Assembly: GCF_964213995.1 (NCBI RefSeq) | Contig: NW_027590119.1 | Span: forward strand, 248,001 to 312,000 | Direction of reading: 5' to 3' | Length of the DNA stretch: 64,000 nt | Origin: Mustelus asterias | Taxonomy: Eukaryota | Shown here: in pieces, positions 24,411-36,766 of the stretch | Layout: every line of letters begins with the position of its first letter | How positions within the stretch are numbered: position 1 is the stretch's first letter | Program-made: the position numbers and the translations under genes | The notes under the pieces: model-generated | Told to the model about the DNA's origin: nothing | The model's input: only the letters and a program-made list of their open reading frames with translations | Database searches by the model: none

Positions 24411-24535
24411 ATCTCTGAAAATAAACAGCGGACACAAACCGGATTAGGAGTAACAACAACGGAATAATTGCCTCGAGATGGAAATGGGGAATTAATTTGG
24501 TGATTGCCGGATTTCACCCAAAGGTTCAAAATGAC

Positions 24536-24585
24536 CGAGCTGTGATCAGGACAATAACCAGAGTCAGACAGAATTTCACCCCCAT
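24536..24585 (-). pseudogene. Probable leader (signal peptide) exon of the V segment
   Basis: accATGg Kozak context, MGVKFCLTLVIVLITA hydrophobic peptide ~120 bp upstream of acceptor TTTTCAG (24415/6); donor site ambiguous. Confidence 0.65.
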
Positions 24586-24857
24586 GGTTCCAGTTAGAGC
24601 TTCAGAAACAGAGACAGTGATCACTGACTGTACCAGAACTGTAATTGGAGAAGTTGAAACAGTCAGTGGAATGGTATGAGGTCGAACGTGACTCCCTGTC
24701 TCCGCCCATTTTTACATCTTCAAACAAGCGCTTTCTCGAGAAGGAATGGTGATCTTGCATAAGTGATCAGAGAGCGCCCTCCCCTGGCAGCACTGCCGCA
24801 TATTGGAAACAGGTGCACACACGGCCACCTGCAAAGACTGACACATATTGAGATATT

Positions 24858-25075
24858 AGAATCATAGAATCCGTACGGTACAGAAGAATGCCATTCGGCC
24901 CAGCGGGTCTGTACCGGCCACAAGCGCACCCAGGCCCTATTCCCGTAACCCCATATATTTACCCCGCTAATCCCCCTGACACTAGGGTCAATTTAGCATG
25001 GCCAATCAAACTAACCTGCACATCTTTGGATCGTGGGAGGAAACCGGAGCACCTGAGGAAACCCAGCAGACACCG
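24858..25075 (-). mobile_element. tRNA-derived HE1/V-SINE-like element (5'-truncated)
   Basis: GGTTTCCTCCCAC..AAAGATGTGCAGGTTAG core and CR1-like 3' tail on minus strand. Confidence 0.75.
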
Positions 25076-25714
25076 GGAATGCAAATACACACACAGCCAT
25101 GTGCAAAGGCTAACACATGTAAGGATATATAACCATATAGATATATGTCTAGGCACCGATATCAATTCTAATGTCCCTCGCTATAAATACAGGATTATTC
25201 TGTAGATTTGTGACATATATTAGTCTCAGCTGTTAACCATGATCGTACATGAATAACGCCGCCTCCGTGTTCACTGGAAGCGATGTATACCACACAGAAT
25301 CAACAAAAGCATAGACACAGGGACAAGGAAACACAGTGATCGATTCTCAAACCGATCGAATCAAACATAGACATACAGACAATCACTGAGGAAGATAAAC
25401 AATCAGATTAACACAGCCATAGACACACTGAAGAGAAGTGCGCCCATTGACAATGCCAAAAACGTACTAGTTCCAGAGTAAACTTCCTGAACTGGAATTC
25501 CCTGGGGTCGTGTCAGTGCGGCAATATCCCGTTAGATATTCATCGCGATGAAACTGTCCATTTTAACAACAGGAACAGCCAGAAATGTATTTCTTATAAA
25601 CGGTGATCATTAATTGATGACTATAAGCAATTGACAACTATTGGAGAATAAGCAACAATGGATGGATTTATTTTTTACAGTGAAACATATTTTGGATGTG
25701 TCCGTGTCATGTTT

Positions 25715-26005
25715 AAAGTTTTTTATTAGTGTCACAAGTGGGATTACATTCATATTGCAATGAAGTTACTGTGAAAATCGCCTAGTCGCCACACTCCGCC
25801 ACCTATTCGGATACACTAAGGGAGAACTTTAGCATGGCGATGCACCGAACCAGTGCGTCTTTTGGACTGTGGGAGAAAACCAGAGCACACAGAGGAAACC
25901 CATGTACACACAGGAAGAACACGCAAACTGCACACAGACCCAAGCCAGGCATCGGACCCGGGTCCCTGGCGCTGTGAGGTAGCTCTGTGCCACTGTGCCG
26001 CCCCG
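25715..26005 (-). mobile_element. tRNA-derived HE1/V-SINE-like element
   Basis: Head GGGGCGGCACAGTGGCACAG...CCTCACAGCGCCAGGGACCCGGGTCCGA on minus strand. Confidence 0.8.
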
Positions 26006-26686
26006 TGTGAGGTCAGTGTAGGTAAGACTGATTCCCCACCCATTCTCAATGTTATCGGATCAAATGTTCGGGACACAGGAGGACAACACAAGGAGACTGC
26101 TTTGGGTGCAGGTGATTCATTCTCCTCTGTTCTATTCCACATTCTGTGGAAAGTTGTGAAGTTAATTAGTTATATTATATATAATTCAGAAATAATGAGG
26201 AGATGCTTCATCCGATTAAACTCGTTTTGTAAATTCAATATGAAATCAATTGCATAAATAAATATATGTTTACATTGAAAACTATGTCGGGAAGCTATAT
26301 CCAATACTTCATGCCATTGGATCAAGGAAACGTTGTTACTTAAAGCAAACTGTATGGACACGGATTCCACAGAAACTCTTTCTTCAAATGGGGATTGACT
26401 TGAAAGGGAGAAATGACTTGAAAGGGAGAAAAATCAGCTTCATGGAATGAGAGGAGGAAACTGAAATGAGAACAAAGGACAGTGCAGCACAGGAACAGGC
26501 CCTTCGGTCCACCAAGCCCACACCGATACATCAGTTGGGTAGCTCGTAATCAAATAATTGGCATAGGCATTGTGGGTCAAAGGGCCTCTTATTGTTGCCT
26601 GCCATTGTCAACCATTTTCAATCATTCTTGGATCAATATGTCTACAGCATTCACAATGAGTGTTGCAACATTTCAAGAGAGTCCCA

Positions 26687-26759
26687 TTGGGTGCTTGCAA
26701 GTGGTGATTGCATTCACCTCACACACGAAAGCTCCCCAGTTCAAAGCCATGCCGGAATG
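26687..26759 (+). pseudogene. Decayed tRNA-Val(CAC)
   Basis: GTGGTGATTGCATTCACCT-CAC-ACACGAAAGCTCCCCAGTTCAAAGCC aligns with tRNA-Val positions 15-65; acceptor stem lost; same position in the duplicated unit as the intact tRNA. Confidence 0.75.
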
Positions 26760-27054
26760 TTATTAGTATTTGTTCTTTAAGGATGAGGGAAGTTTACATG
26801 ATTTAAATTTGTTGCTGAACATTATCCGAAACTCGATATTAAAGCCATGTTATCTTTGCTCTGACCTCGGCCTCAAAATCTTTCAGCAAAATCTGAAATC
26901 TTGTATTTTTATGACGCAATGAAAGGAAATAGAGGTCCCTTTTTGACACCGTGTTCATATCAGCAACTCGTTCAGTCCACAACAGAATTTAATGGCTTTA
27001 TTAATGCAGACGAACAAAGTTAATCACCATCTGAAACATATCTAAAAGTATAAA

Positions 27055-27205
27055 TGATGTGGAGATGCCGGCGTTGGACTGGGGTAAACACAGTAAGGAA
27101 TCTAACAACACCAGGTTAAAGTCCAACAGGTTTATTTGGTAGCTAGTGGCGTTTGCTACCAAATAAACCTGTTGGACTTTAACCTGGTGTTGTTAGACTC
27201 CTAAC
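27055..27205. mobile_element. Penelope-derived hairpin mini-element (family A) with 8-bp TSD
   Basis: ~45-bp inverted repeat; AGTATAAA at 27047-27054 and 27206-27213; absent from the duplicate spacer copy. Confidence 0.8.
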
Positions 27206-27926
27206 AGTATAAAGACAGGCATACGTGAAACTGTAACTGAACTAGAGGAAATAGCGCACATTGCACAGAAGCATCTTTTTAACATCGTTGTTCAGAGTAA
27301 AGAATTAGGAAAAGCCACTCAGACAGATGAGGAAATCGAGAATCAGTGTGGATCTGCTGGGCTTCCTGCAGATGAACGAGATTTAGGCGCCAGAATGTTT
27401 CACTCACAGAGTAAAGAGGGATCAAGTATAACTAACAGATCATTCTTAAATCTCTTCCCTTTAAAGATATTTGATTTTGTTTAAAAGCTGACTGTCTCAA
27501 ATAAGCACCATGGGATGTGTATTACCCAGTGACTCGATTCTTTTGTTGGTCAGTCATGCTTGCATTTCAATGTTGTATATTTCAGAGATATTCAATTCAG
27601 AATGAGGAGATATGTAATTAATAAAAAGATATTAATATTAAACATTGAACAGCTAACAAGTACTGGGTGGAGCTGGTTAAAATTATTCGAAGGAAGATGA
27701 GAATGATGCATTAATGATTGAGCAGAAATCATTGCTCCTTAGATATTTGCTGGACGACCACTTTTAAATGTTGAAGTTCAAGATAAGTTGAGAAATCAAG
27801 TTGAAAGAAATGTTTTTTGTCTTGTATTAATTGACATGGGCTCTCAGTGTAATCATTAGAACCTGCAGCAACACAGTGGAGGTGAACATTGTGGTCAGGC
27901 CAATTGGTGGCGCTATGCTGTCAGTT

Positions 27927-27999
27927 GTTTCTGTAGTGTAGTGGTTATCACGTTCGCCTAACACGCGAAAGGTCCCCGGTTCAAAACCGGGCAGAAACA
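27927..27999 (+). tRNA. tRNA-Val(AAC)
   Basis: 73 nt, near-identical to vertebrate Val-AAC as recalled; acceptor stem GTTTCTG/CAGAAAC, anticodon loop CT-AAC-AC, A and B boxes present. Confidence 0.95.
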
Positions 28000-28749
28000 T
28001 TAATTTACTCATTTATTGTGAGGGTAGTTTTGCATGGTTTCAGTTTTTGCTGTACATATTCCGAATCTCGATGTTGCAGCCATATTATCTTTGCTCTAAA
28101 CTCGGCCACAAATGCTCTCAGCAAAATCAGAAATGCTGTAGTTTGAGACGCAATGAGGAAATAAATGTGTGTATTTGGACACCGTGCGCATATCAGCAAC
28201 TTGTTCAAACCACAACAGAACTTAATGGTTTTATAAATGCAGACTAACATAGTTAATCACCATCTGAAACATGTCAAATAGTATTTTGTGCTCATAAAGA
28301 CAAGTGAAACTGTAAATGAACTGGAGGAAATGGCAGACATTGCCCTGAAGCATCTTTTTAAAATTGTTCTTCATAATAAAGAAATAGGAAAAAGCACTCA
28401 GGCAGATGAAGAAATCGAGACTCAGTGGAGATCTGCTGGACTTTCCTACAGATGAACGGGATTTAAGCACCAGAATATTTCACACGCAGAATAAAGAGGG
28501 ATCAAGTATAAATAACAGATCATTCTTAAATCTCTTCCCTTTAAAGATATCTGATTTTGTTTAAATGCTGACTGTCTCAAATAAGCACCATGGGATGTGT
28601 ATTACCCTGTGACTCAATTTATTTTATTCTCAGTCATGTTTGCAATTCAATGTTGCATATTCCCGAGATATTCAATTCAGAATGAAGACGTATGTATTAA
28701 ATACATGTATTAATATTTAACATCGAATAACGAAACAAATATTGAGTAA

Positions 28750-29880
28750 CCAGCCAACGATTCAAGTCTGGATGACCCTTCATCAGAGCTAAGAGCAAAG
28801 AAAAGCAGAAAAGATTTAAATTATGAGGGTGGAAGGGGGGTGCTGTAATTGGACAAAGGGAATGCAAATAAGGATAAAGATGGCTGAGAGAGATGCTAAA
28901 AATGTCCATTAAGCGATCAGAATAGCAGAGCAGAGGTAAAGGTGGTTAAGGCAGTTGCCCTGAAAGAGGAGTGGAGGAGTGGGGGGGGGGGGGGCGGGGG
29001 GGGGGGGCGGTGGTGGGGGGTGGGGGAGAGGCAAGAAGGAGAGCAGGAATGAAGAAATGGAAAAATGGAAATGAGAAAGAAGTATGATAAAAATGGGTAA
29101 ATGAGATGAAAAGAAGAAACAGTATGAAATAAAATAAATGGAAAGGGGATAAAGGTGGCGGGGAGAGTTCATGCTCTGAAGTTGTTGAACTCAATGTTTA
29201 TTCCAGAAGGCTGTAAAGTGTCCAATTGGAAGATGAGGTACTGTTCCTCCAGTTTGCGTTGGGGTTCACTCAAACATTGCAAAAGGCCAAGGACGGACAT
29301 GTGGACAGGAGAGCAGGGTGCTGTGTTGAAGCGGCAAGAACTGGAAGTTCTGGGTCCTGCTTGCAGACGGACTGAAGGGTTCAGCAAAGCGATCACCCAG
29401 TTTGTGTTTGGTCTCTCCAATGTAGGAGAGTAGACTTCATGGGGAGGAGCGAATGCAATAGACTAGACTGAAGGAGATGCATGTGAATCGCTGCTTCACC
29501 TGAAAGGGGTGTTTAGGACCTGGGATGGTGAGCAGGGAGGAGGTAAAGGGGCAGGTGTTGCACCTTCTACCATTGCATGGGAAGATGCTGTGGGCATGGG
29601 ATGGGATGTTGGGTGGGATGGAGGTGTGGACCAGGGTGTCCCAGAGAGAACCTACCTTGTGGAATGCTGATGGGTGTGAGGGGTGAGGTGAAGATGTGTT
29701 GAGGAATGGCTTCATGCTGGAGTTGGCAGCAATGGCGGAGGATGATACTTTGAACATGGAGGCTGGTCTGGTAAAAAGTGAGGACAAGGGGAGCCCTGTC
29801 CTCTTTCTGGGAGGGAGTCCGAGCAGTGGCCTGGAAGATGAGTTGGACACAGTCAAGAGCCCTGTCAACCACAGTGGGTG
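28750..29880 (-). mobile_element. Penelope-like retroelement fragment (GIY-YIG endonuclease + 3' region with decayed hammerhead)
   Basis: FPCNGRRCNTC, FTCISFSLVYCIR, YIGETKHKLGDRF, LEEQYLIFQLDTLQPSGINIEF; minus strand CTGATGA-GGGTC..GACTT-GAATCGTT at ~28755-28790. Confidence 0.88.
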
Positions 29881-30289
29881 GACTTCACACAGTCACCCAA
29901 AGCAAGAATCGAACCCAAGTCCCAAGCACTGTAATGTAAGGCAGCAATGCTAACCACTGTTCCACCCGAAGGATCAGCCTGGTGGTAGCTTTACTCATGA
30001 TATCCAGTTGCACTGGAGGTAGAATTGGAAGGAAATAAAAGTAAAATACTGCGGATGTTGGAATTGGGAAATTTAAACTGAAAATACTGGATAAACTCAG
30101 CAGACCTGGCGGCATCTGTGGAGAAACCTATTAACAATGGATTCTTATGATTTTGGTTGCTGAATGAGGAGACAAGGTCCTTTCGGTTTTATTGACGTTT
30201 TATGCGGCGTTACGGTTGAAGCGATAAAAGCAATATTTCAAATATCTCTGATATTAAGTGATGTCCATCTTTGTGTGGGGCAGACGTCC

Positions 30290-30506
30290 TACGTTTGGAC
30301 GGAAGATGAAGAACCAATGTGCCCTTAACAAAGATGGCGCCGATGTGGGGGGCGGGGCAATGGGCGGTGTACGCAGAACGCTGAGGAGGTTGGGATCGCA
30401 CATGCGCATTGCAGCGGGTGTGGTTTGTTGACGGAAGCGCGCGGGTTCTTCTCCAGATCGGAATCAGATTTGAAAGGGGGAACGGTTAACGGTGGCAGGC
30501 GTTGCC
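30290..30506 (+). promoter_or_regulatory. CpG-island housekeeping-type promoter of the EMC4 fragment
   Basis: YY1 AAGATGGCG 30331, GC boxes, NRF1-like GCACATGCGCA ~30398, ETS CGGAAG ~30431. Confidence 0.7.
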
Positions 30507-30589
30507 ATGGCGGCAGGGGCGGGGCTCGCCAACAGCGCGCGCTGGCTCAAGTGGACCCTCGAGCGCAACCTGAGCGACAGCAGCAGCAG
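30507..30589 (+). CDS. EMC4: EMC4 exon 1 (partial gene)
   Basis: MAAGAGLANSARWLKWTLE resembles EMC4 N-terminus as recalled (ANRGRRFKWAIE); gccATGg; phase-2 donor GTGCGG. Confidence 0.8.
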
Positions 30590-31229
30590 GTGCGGAGGCC
30601 GCGCGGGGAGCCGGGGGCTCGAGTAGGAGGCAAGCCGGGTCAGCCCGCCTCTCCCGCGAAGGCGACCTGGGGATGTGACACCAACTCAAAACTTCCCAAC
30701 CCCGGGTTTTTCACGTCTCTTTTACCCCTCACCGAGCTCCTCAGCACAAAGCAGCCCCTCAAATCCTCCAGAAACCACTCAGACCCCACTTGGCATCTTT
30801 TCCCCAGGTCATGACCCTGAGATGCCATCTTGGTTTCAGCCCCTCCACCTGAACAGGTGCCAACTGCGGTGGTGGTTGGAGGAACGATTGCTCGTTTCCA
30901 GGGCCGGGTGCTGAACTGGATCTCTCTCAATGTCCCGCAATGTTTGTTTTCAAGATACAATTTGGTACATCTGGTGATTTGTCGCTTTGTCCCGAAATGG
31001 AGGGCAAGCGGATTGGCACCCTGATTATCAATTCACACTAAATCTACTTCTACATCCCTCCATTCCCCTGGCAGTTTGGTACACGCAATGGCAGTGTGTG
31101 TCTGAGGTTTGCCCAAGCTTTAGTTTGTGCTGGCACTATTGCCACCACGTTGGGGTCCGCAAAAGAGAGACTCCCTTTTTAAAGAAGGTCTTGAAAGAGT
31201 GACCAACTTGTGTTTTCTGTTTCTCATAG

Positions 31230-31341
31230 GAGCCGTGATCAACAGTGTGGCCAGAGAGACTCCATGTGCCCAGTCGCATATTCGGACAAACAGCTACCGG
31301 ACATCTGCGTCCAAGAAACAGACCGGATCCTGGTCGAGAAA
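31230..31341 (+). CDS. EMC4: EMC4 exon 2
   Basis: [30 protein letters not shown]; AG acceptor, GTAAGT donor. Confidence 0.92.
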
Positions 31342-31522
31342 GTAAGTTAGATTTGAATGTGTCTGGTTTGTTCACGGTGGTGAAGTACCTTGGTGAACCA
31401 CAGCACCCTGTGCGATAAAGGGTTAATCATCATCCTAACTTCCAGGCCTGGGTATAAGATCAGCATATGGCCTCCCGTAACCGGCCCCCTTTACTGATAC
31501 CCTGCTCGCTTTCTGTTTTCAG

Positions 31523-31677
31523 TCCTGCTGGGACATCGCCTTGGGCCCATTGAAACAGCTGCCCAAGATGTCCCAACATCATGTACATGGCTGGCAACAA
31601 CATCTCCATCCTCCCTATCATGATGGTGTGCATGATGGCCTGGAGACCTATACAGGCCTTGATGTCCATGTCTGCAA
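31523..31677 (+). pseudogene. EMC4: EMC4 exon 3 with +1 frameshift; later EMC4 exons not found in the window
   Basis: [13 protein letters not shown] then 13 nt where 4 codons are expected, then [33 protein letters not shown] in the shifted frame; GTGAGT donor. Confidence 0.88.
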
Positions 31678-32071
31678 GTGAGTATTGTATTGAATCTACA
31701 GCTCAGAAACAGCTCTGAAGCGGCATCACTTGAGTGCAGCTTAGAATAGAGTTCTGGGAGTTGGGTAATTAAGGGAGTTAGGGAAGGAAGGGAAAGAGGT
31801 GCCCTTTTGCTTTCTAACTTTCTCAGCCTTTAGGAAGTGATCTTACTCTTCTACAGGAGAAGAAGCCAGATTTTTGGTGAGTATCTGCGAAGTAACTAAG
31901 ATTTATTCTGTTCCTAAGGATCACAATAGTATAGCAACAGGTGGTAAAGTTAATAAAATACTTAAAAACAAAAATAAATTATCATTGGATAAAAGAAATA
32001 GTTTATTAGTACACATTCAAGCTGCAGCATTTGGGAGTTCCTGGGTGTCAGTTTGATCCAGGGCAAACAGG

Positions 32072-35000
32072 CATAGAGGTTTACAGCATGGAAACAGACC
32101 CTTCGGCCCAACTTGTCCATGCCATCCTTTTTTTAAAACCCCTGAGCTAGTCCCAATTGTCCGCATTTCGCCCATATCCCTCTCTACCCATTTTACCCAT
32201 GTAACTGTCTAAATGCTTTTTAAAATACAAAACTGTACCCCCTCTACTACTACCTCTGGCAGCTTGTTCCAGACACTCACCACCCTCTGTGTGAAACAAT
32301 TGCCCCTTTGGACATTTTTCTATCTTCCCGTCTCACCTTAAACCTATGCCCCCTAGTTTTAGACTCCCCGACCTTTGGGAAAAGATATTGACTATCTAGC
32401 TGATCTATGCCCCTCATTATTTTATAGGCCTCTATAACATCACCCTCAGCCTCCTCAGCCCAAGAGAAAAAAGTCCCAGTCTATCCAGCCTCTCCTTCTA
32501 ACTCAAACCATCAAGTCCGGTAGCATCCTAGTAAATCTCTTCTGCACTCTTTCTAGTTTAATAATATCCTTTCTATAATAGGGTGACCAGAACTGTACAT
32601 AGTATTCCAAGTGTGGCCTTACCAATGTCTTGTACAACTTCAACAAGATGTCCCAACTCCTGTATTCAATGTTCTGACCAATGAAACCAAGCATGCCGAA
32701 TGCCTTCTTCACCACTCTGTCCACCTGTGACTCCACTTTCAAGGAGCTATGAACATGTACCCTTAGATCTCTCTGTTCTGTAACTCTCCCCAACACATAC
32801 CATTAACTGAGTAAGTCATACATCGAACATAGAACAGGCCCTTCGGCCCACGATGTTGTGCTGAGCTTTATCTGAAACCAAGATCAAGCTATCCCACTCC
32901 CTATCATCCTGGTGTGCTCCATGTGCCAATCCAATAACCGCTTAAATGTTCCTAAAGTGTCTGACTCCACTATCACTGCAGGCAGTCCATTCCACACCCC
33001 AACCACTCTCTGCGTAAAGAACCTACCTCTGATATCCTTCCTATATCTCCCACCATGACCCCTATAGTTGTGCCCCCTTGTCATACCTCCATCCACCCGA
33101 GGAAATAGTCTTTGAACGTTCACTCTATCTATCCCCTTCATCATTTTATAAACCTCTATTAAGTCTCCCCCCAACCTCCTCCGGTCCAGAGAGAACAGCC
33201 CTAGCTCCCTCAACCTTTCCTCATAAGACGTACCCTCCAAACCAGGCAGCATCCTGGTAAATCTCCTTTGCACTCTTTCCAGCGCTTCCACATCCTTCTT
33301 ATTGTGAGGTGACCAGAACTGCACACAATATTCCAAATGTGGTCTCACCAAGGTCCTGTACAGTTGCAGCATAACCCCACGGCTCTTAAACTCCAACCCC
33401 CTGTTAATAAAAGCTAACACACTATTGGCCTTCTTCACAGCTCTATCCATTTGAGTGGCAACCTTCAGAGATCTGTGGATATGGACCCCAAGATCTCTCT
33501 GTTCCTCCACAGTCTTCAGAACCCTACCTTTGACCATGTAATCCACACTTAAATTTGTCCTACCAAAATGAAAAACCTCACATTTATCAGGGTTAAACTC
33601 CATCTGCCATTTTTCAGCCCAGCTTTGCATCCTATCTATGTCTCTTTACAGTCTATAACAGCCCTCCACCTCATCCACTACTCCACCAATCTTGGTGTCA
33701 TCAGCAAATTTACTGATCCACCCTTCAGCCCCCTCCTCTCGGTCATTAATAAAAATCACAAATAGCAGAGGACCAAGCACTGATCCCTGTGGCACTCCGC
33801 TAGCAACCTGCCTCCAATCCGAAAATTTTCCATTCACCACCACCCTCTGTCTTCGATCAGACAGCCAGTTACCTATCCAATCAGCCAACTTTCCCTCTAT
33901 CCCAACCTCCTTACTTTCATCATAAGCTGACCATGGGGGACCTTATCAAACGCCTTACTAAAATCCATGTTTCTGACATCAACTGCCCTACCTTCGTCAA
34001 CACACTTAGTTACCTCCTCAAAAAATTCAATCAAATTTGTGAGGCACGACTTGCCCTTCACGAATCCGTGCTGACTATCCCGGATTAATCCGCATCTTTC
34101 TAAATGGTCGTAAATCCCATCCCTAAGGACCTTTTCCATCAACTTACCAACCACCGAAGTAAGACTAACCGGCCTATCATTACCAGGGTCATTTCTATTC
34201 CCTTTCTTAAAGAGAGGTACAACACTCGCCACTCTCCAGTCCTCTGGCACCATCCCCGTGGACAGTGAGGACCCAAAGATCAAAGCCAAAGGCTCTGCAA
34301 TCTCATCCCTTGCCTCCCAAAGAATCCTAGGATATATTTCATCAGGCCCAGGAGACTTATCGACCTTCAGTTTATTCAAAACTGCTAGTACATCCTCCCG
34401 CTGAACATCTACTTCCTCCAGCCTATTCGCCTGTAACACCTTCTCTTCCTCAAAAACATGACCCCTCTCCTTGGTGAACACTGAAGAAAAGTATTCATTC
34501 ATCACCTCTCCTATCTCTACTGACTCCATACACAAGTTCCCACTACTGTCCTTGACCGGCCCTAACCTCACCCTGGTCATTTGTTTATTCCTCACATAAG
34601 AGTAAAAAGCCTTGGGGTTTTCCTTGATCCGACCCGCCAAGGACTTCTCTCCCCTCCTAGCTCTCCTAAGCCCCTTTTTCAGCTCATTCCTTGCTAACTT
34701 GTAACCCTCAATCGAGCCATCTGAACCTTGTTTCCTCATAAGCTTCCCACCTCTTTTGTGAACCATGGTTCCCTCACTCGGCCATTTCCTCCCTGCCTGA
34801 CAGGGACATACCTATCAAGGACACACAGTATTTGTTCCTTGAAAAAATTCCACTTTTCATTAGTGCCTTTCCCTGACAGTTTCTGTTCCCATCTTATGCC
34901 CCCTAATTCTTGCCTAATCGCATCATAATTACCTCTTCCCCCAATTATAAACCTTGCCCTGCCGTACGGCCCTATCCTTCTCCATTGCAATAACAAAAGA

Positions 35001-35245
35001 CATCGAATTGTGGTCACTATCTCCAAAGTGCTCTCCCACAACCAAATCTAACACTTGGCCCGGTTCATTTCCCAGTACCAAATCTACTGTGGCCCCACCT
35101 CTTGTCGGCCTATCCACATATTGTGTCAGGAAACCCTCCTGCACACACTGCACAAAAACTGCCCCATCCAAACTGTTCGACCTACAAAGGTACCAATCAA
35201 TATTTGGAAAGTTAAAGTCCCCCATGACAACTACCCTGTGCCCCC
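32072..35245 (-). mobile_element. Two adjacent CR1 LINEs (32072-32815 and 32820-35245)
   Basis: [34 protein letters not shown] motifs; two separate 3' tails. Confidence 0.93.
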
Positions 35246-35364
35246 ACAGATATCCATAATCTGCTTAGCAATTCCTTCCTCCACCTGGTTTCAGCAGCAG
35301 GTGAGCTGAGGCCAGGACAAAGTGGGGCGATGTCACTGAGGTGGAAATAGGTAGTGTAGGTGGT

Positions 35365-36163
35365 GATGTGGCAAATAGAGTTAAATACAGATCAGTGTGA
35401 GGTGTTGCATCATGGGAAGTCAAACCAAGGTAGAACTTTCACAGTGAATGGTAGGACCTCAGGGAGTATCGTGGAACAGAGGGACCTTGGAGTCCAGGTG
35501 CACGGTTCTCTTAAGGTGGAGTCACGTGTAGATAGGGCAGTGAAGAAGGCTTTTGACATGCTGGCCTTTATCAGTCAGGGCATTGAGTATAGGAGTTGGG
35601 AAGTTATGTTGCAGTTGTACAGGACTTTGGTGAGGCTGCACCTGGAATATTGTGTTCAGTTTTGGTCACCTTGATTTGGAAAGATGTTATTCAACTGGAG
35701 AGAGTGCAGAAGAGATTTACAAGGATGTTGCCAGTACTCAAGTTATAGGGAGAGATTGGATGAGTTAGGACTTTTTTCTTTGGAGCGTAGGAGACTGAGG
35801 GGTGATCTTATAGAGATGTGTAAGATCATGAGAGGCATGGATAGGTTGAATGCACTCAGTCTTTTTCCCAGGGTTGGGGAATTAAGAATTAGAGGGCATA
35901 AGTTTAAGTTAAGAGGGGAAAGAATTAATGGGAACCTGAGGAGCAGCTTTTTTACACAGAGGGTGGTACGTATGTGGAATGAGCTGCCGGAGGGAGTGGT
36001 TGAGACAGGGACATTGTCAACATTTAAAAGGCATTTGGACAGATACATGGATAGGAAAGGTTCAGAGGGATATGGGCCAAATGGAGTTAGCTCACATGGG
36101 CATTTTTGGTGGGCATTGTCCAGTTTGGGCCGAAGGGCCTGTCTCCGTGCTGTAGATTCTATG
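35365..36163 (+). mobile_element. CR1 LINE 3' fragment
   Basis: CEVLH, RDLGVQV, LEYCVQFWSP, FFTQRVV motifs. Confidence 0.9.
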
Positions 36164-36766
36164 AGGATATGTTTAGAAGCTCAGTTTGAAGTGAAACATG
36201 TCACTGAGGTTGTGAATACTCCGGTTCAGCCTCAGACAGTCGCAATGGGGACAGATGGAGTCAGTGGTTCGGAAGTGGAATTTGTTGCAGGGCTGAAGAT
36301 GACAGCCTTCATCTTCCAATATTTAACAAAGGCAATTACTGCTCATCCAGTCCTGGATGTCAGACAAGGGAGGATGGTGTGTAAAATTGGAGGGAATTTG
36401 GAGATGATGGTGTTCACATACACCTCTTACCCTGATCCTTCTCGGTGGGCAGGTTAACGGTTTTAAGGTTCAAACCACTGGTTGAGTTGTAAGATACATA
36501 AAGTCCCTCCTTTGCCCCCATCTCTCTCTCCATCCATTGAGGCCTGAGCCTTGTGTAGTCCCAGACTGGATGGCAGATTCCCTTCCCTGAAAGGCATTAG
36601 TGAACCAGTTGAGGTTTTATGACAATCCAGCAGTTTCCATGGTAACTTTTTCCTGGTGCCGGCCCCACAAATGACCAGATTCATTCGGCTCAATTTCACA
36701 ACCTGCCTTTGTGTTTTTGTGGGATCTCTCTCACTCCCTTTTCGCTGTTTTAAATCAATTTCACAG

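Larger units (their letters stand above)
26800..28740 (+). repeat. Tandem duplication of a tRNA-Val unit (spacer copies ~26820-27650 and ~28060-28740)
   Basis: Long collinear similarity, e.g. TAAAGAGGGATCAAGTATAA..ACAGATCATTCTTAAATCTCTTCCCTTTAAAGATAT at ~27412 and ~28492. Confidence 0.9.

Noticed and set aside
24614-24627. CAGTGATCACTG palindrome as TCR V promoter decamer
   Set aside because: Only a partial match and just ~30 bp from the ATG; cannot be supported
28979-29030. Long G-run as a dedicated G-quadruplex element
   Set aside because: Lies in the low-complexity 3' region of the Penelope-like element; homopolymer length unreliable
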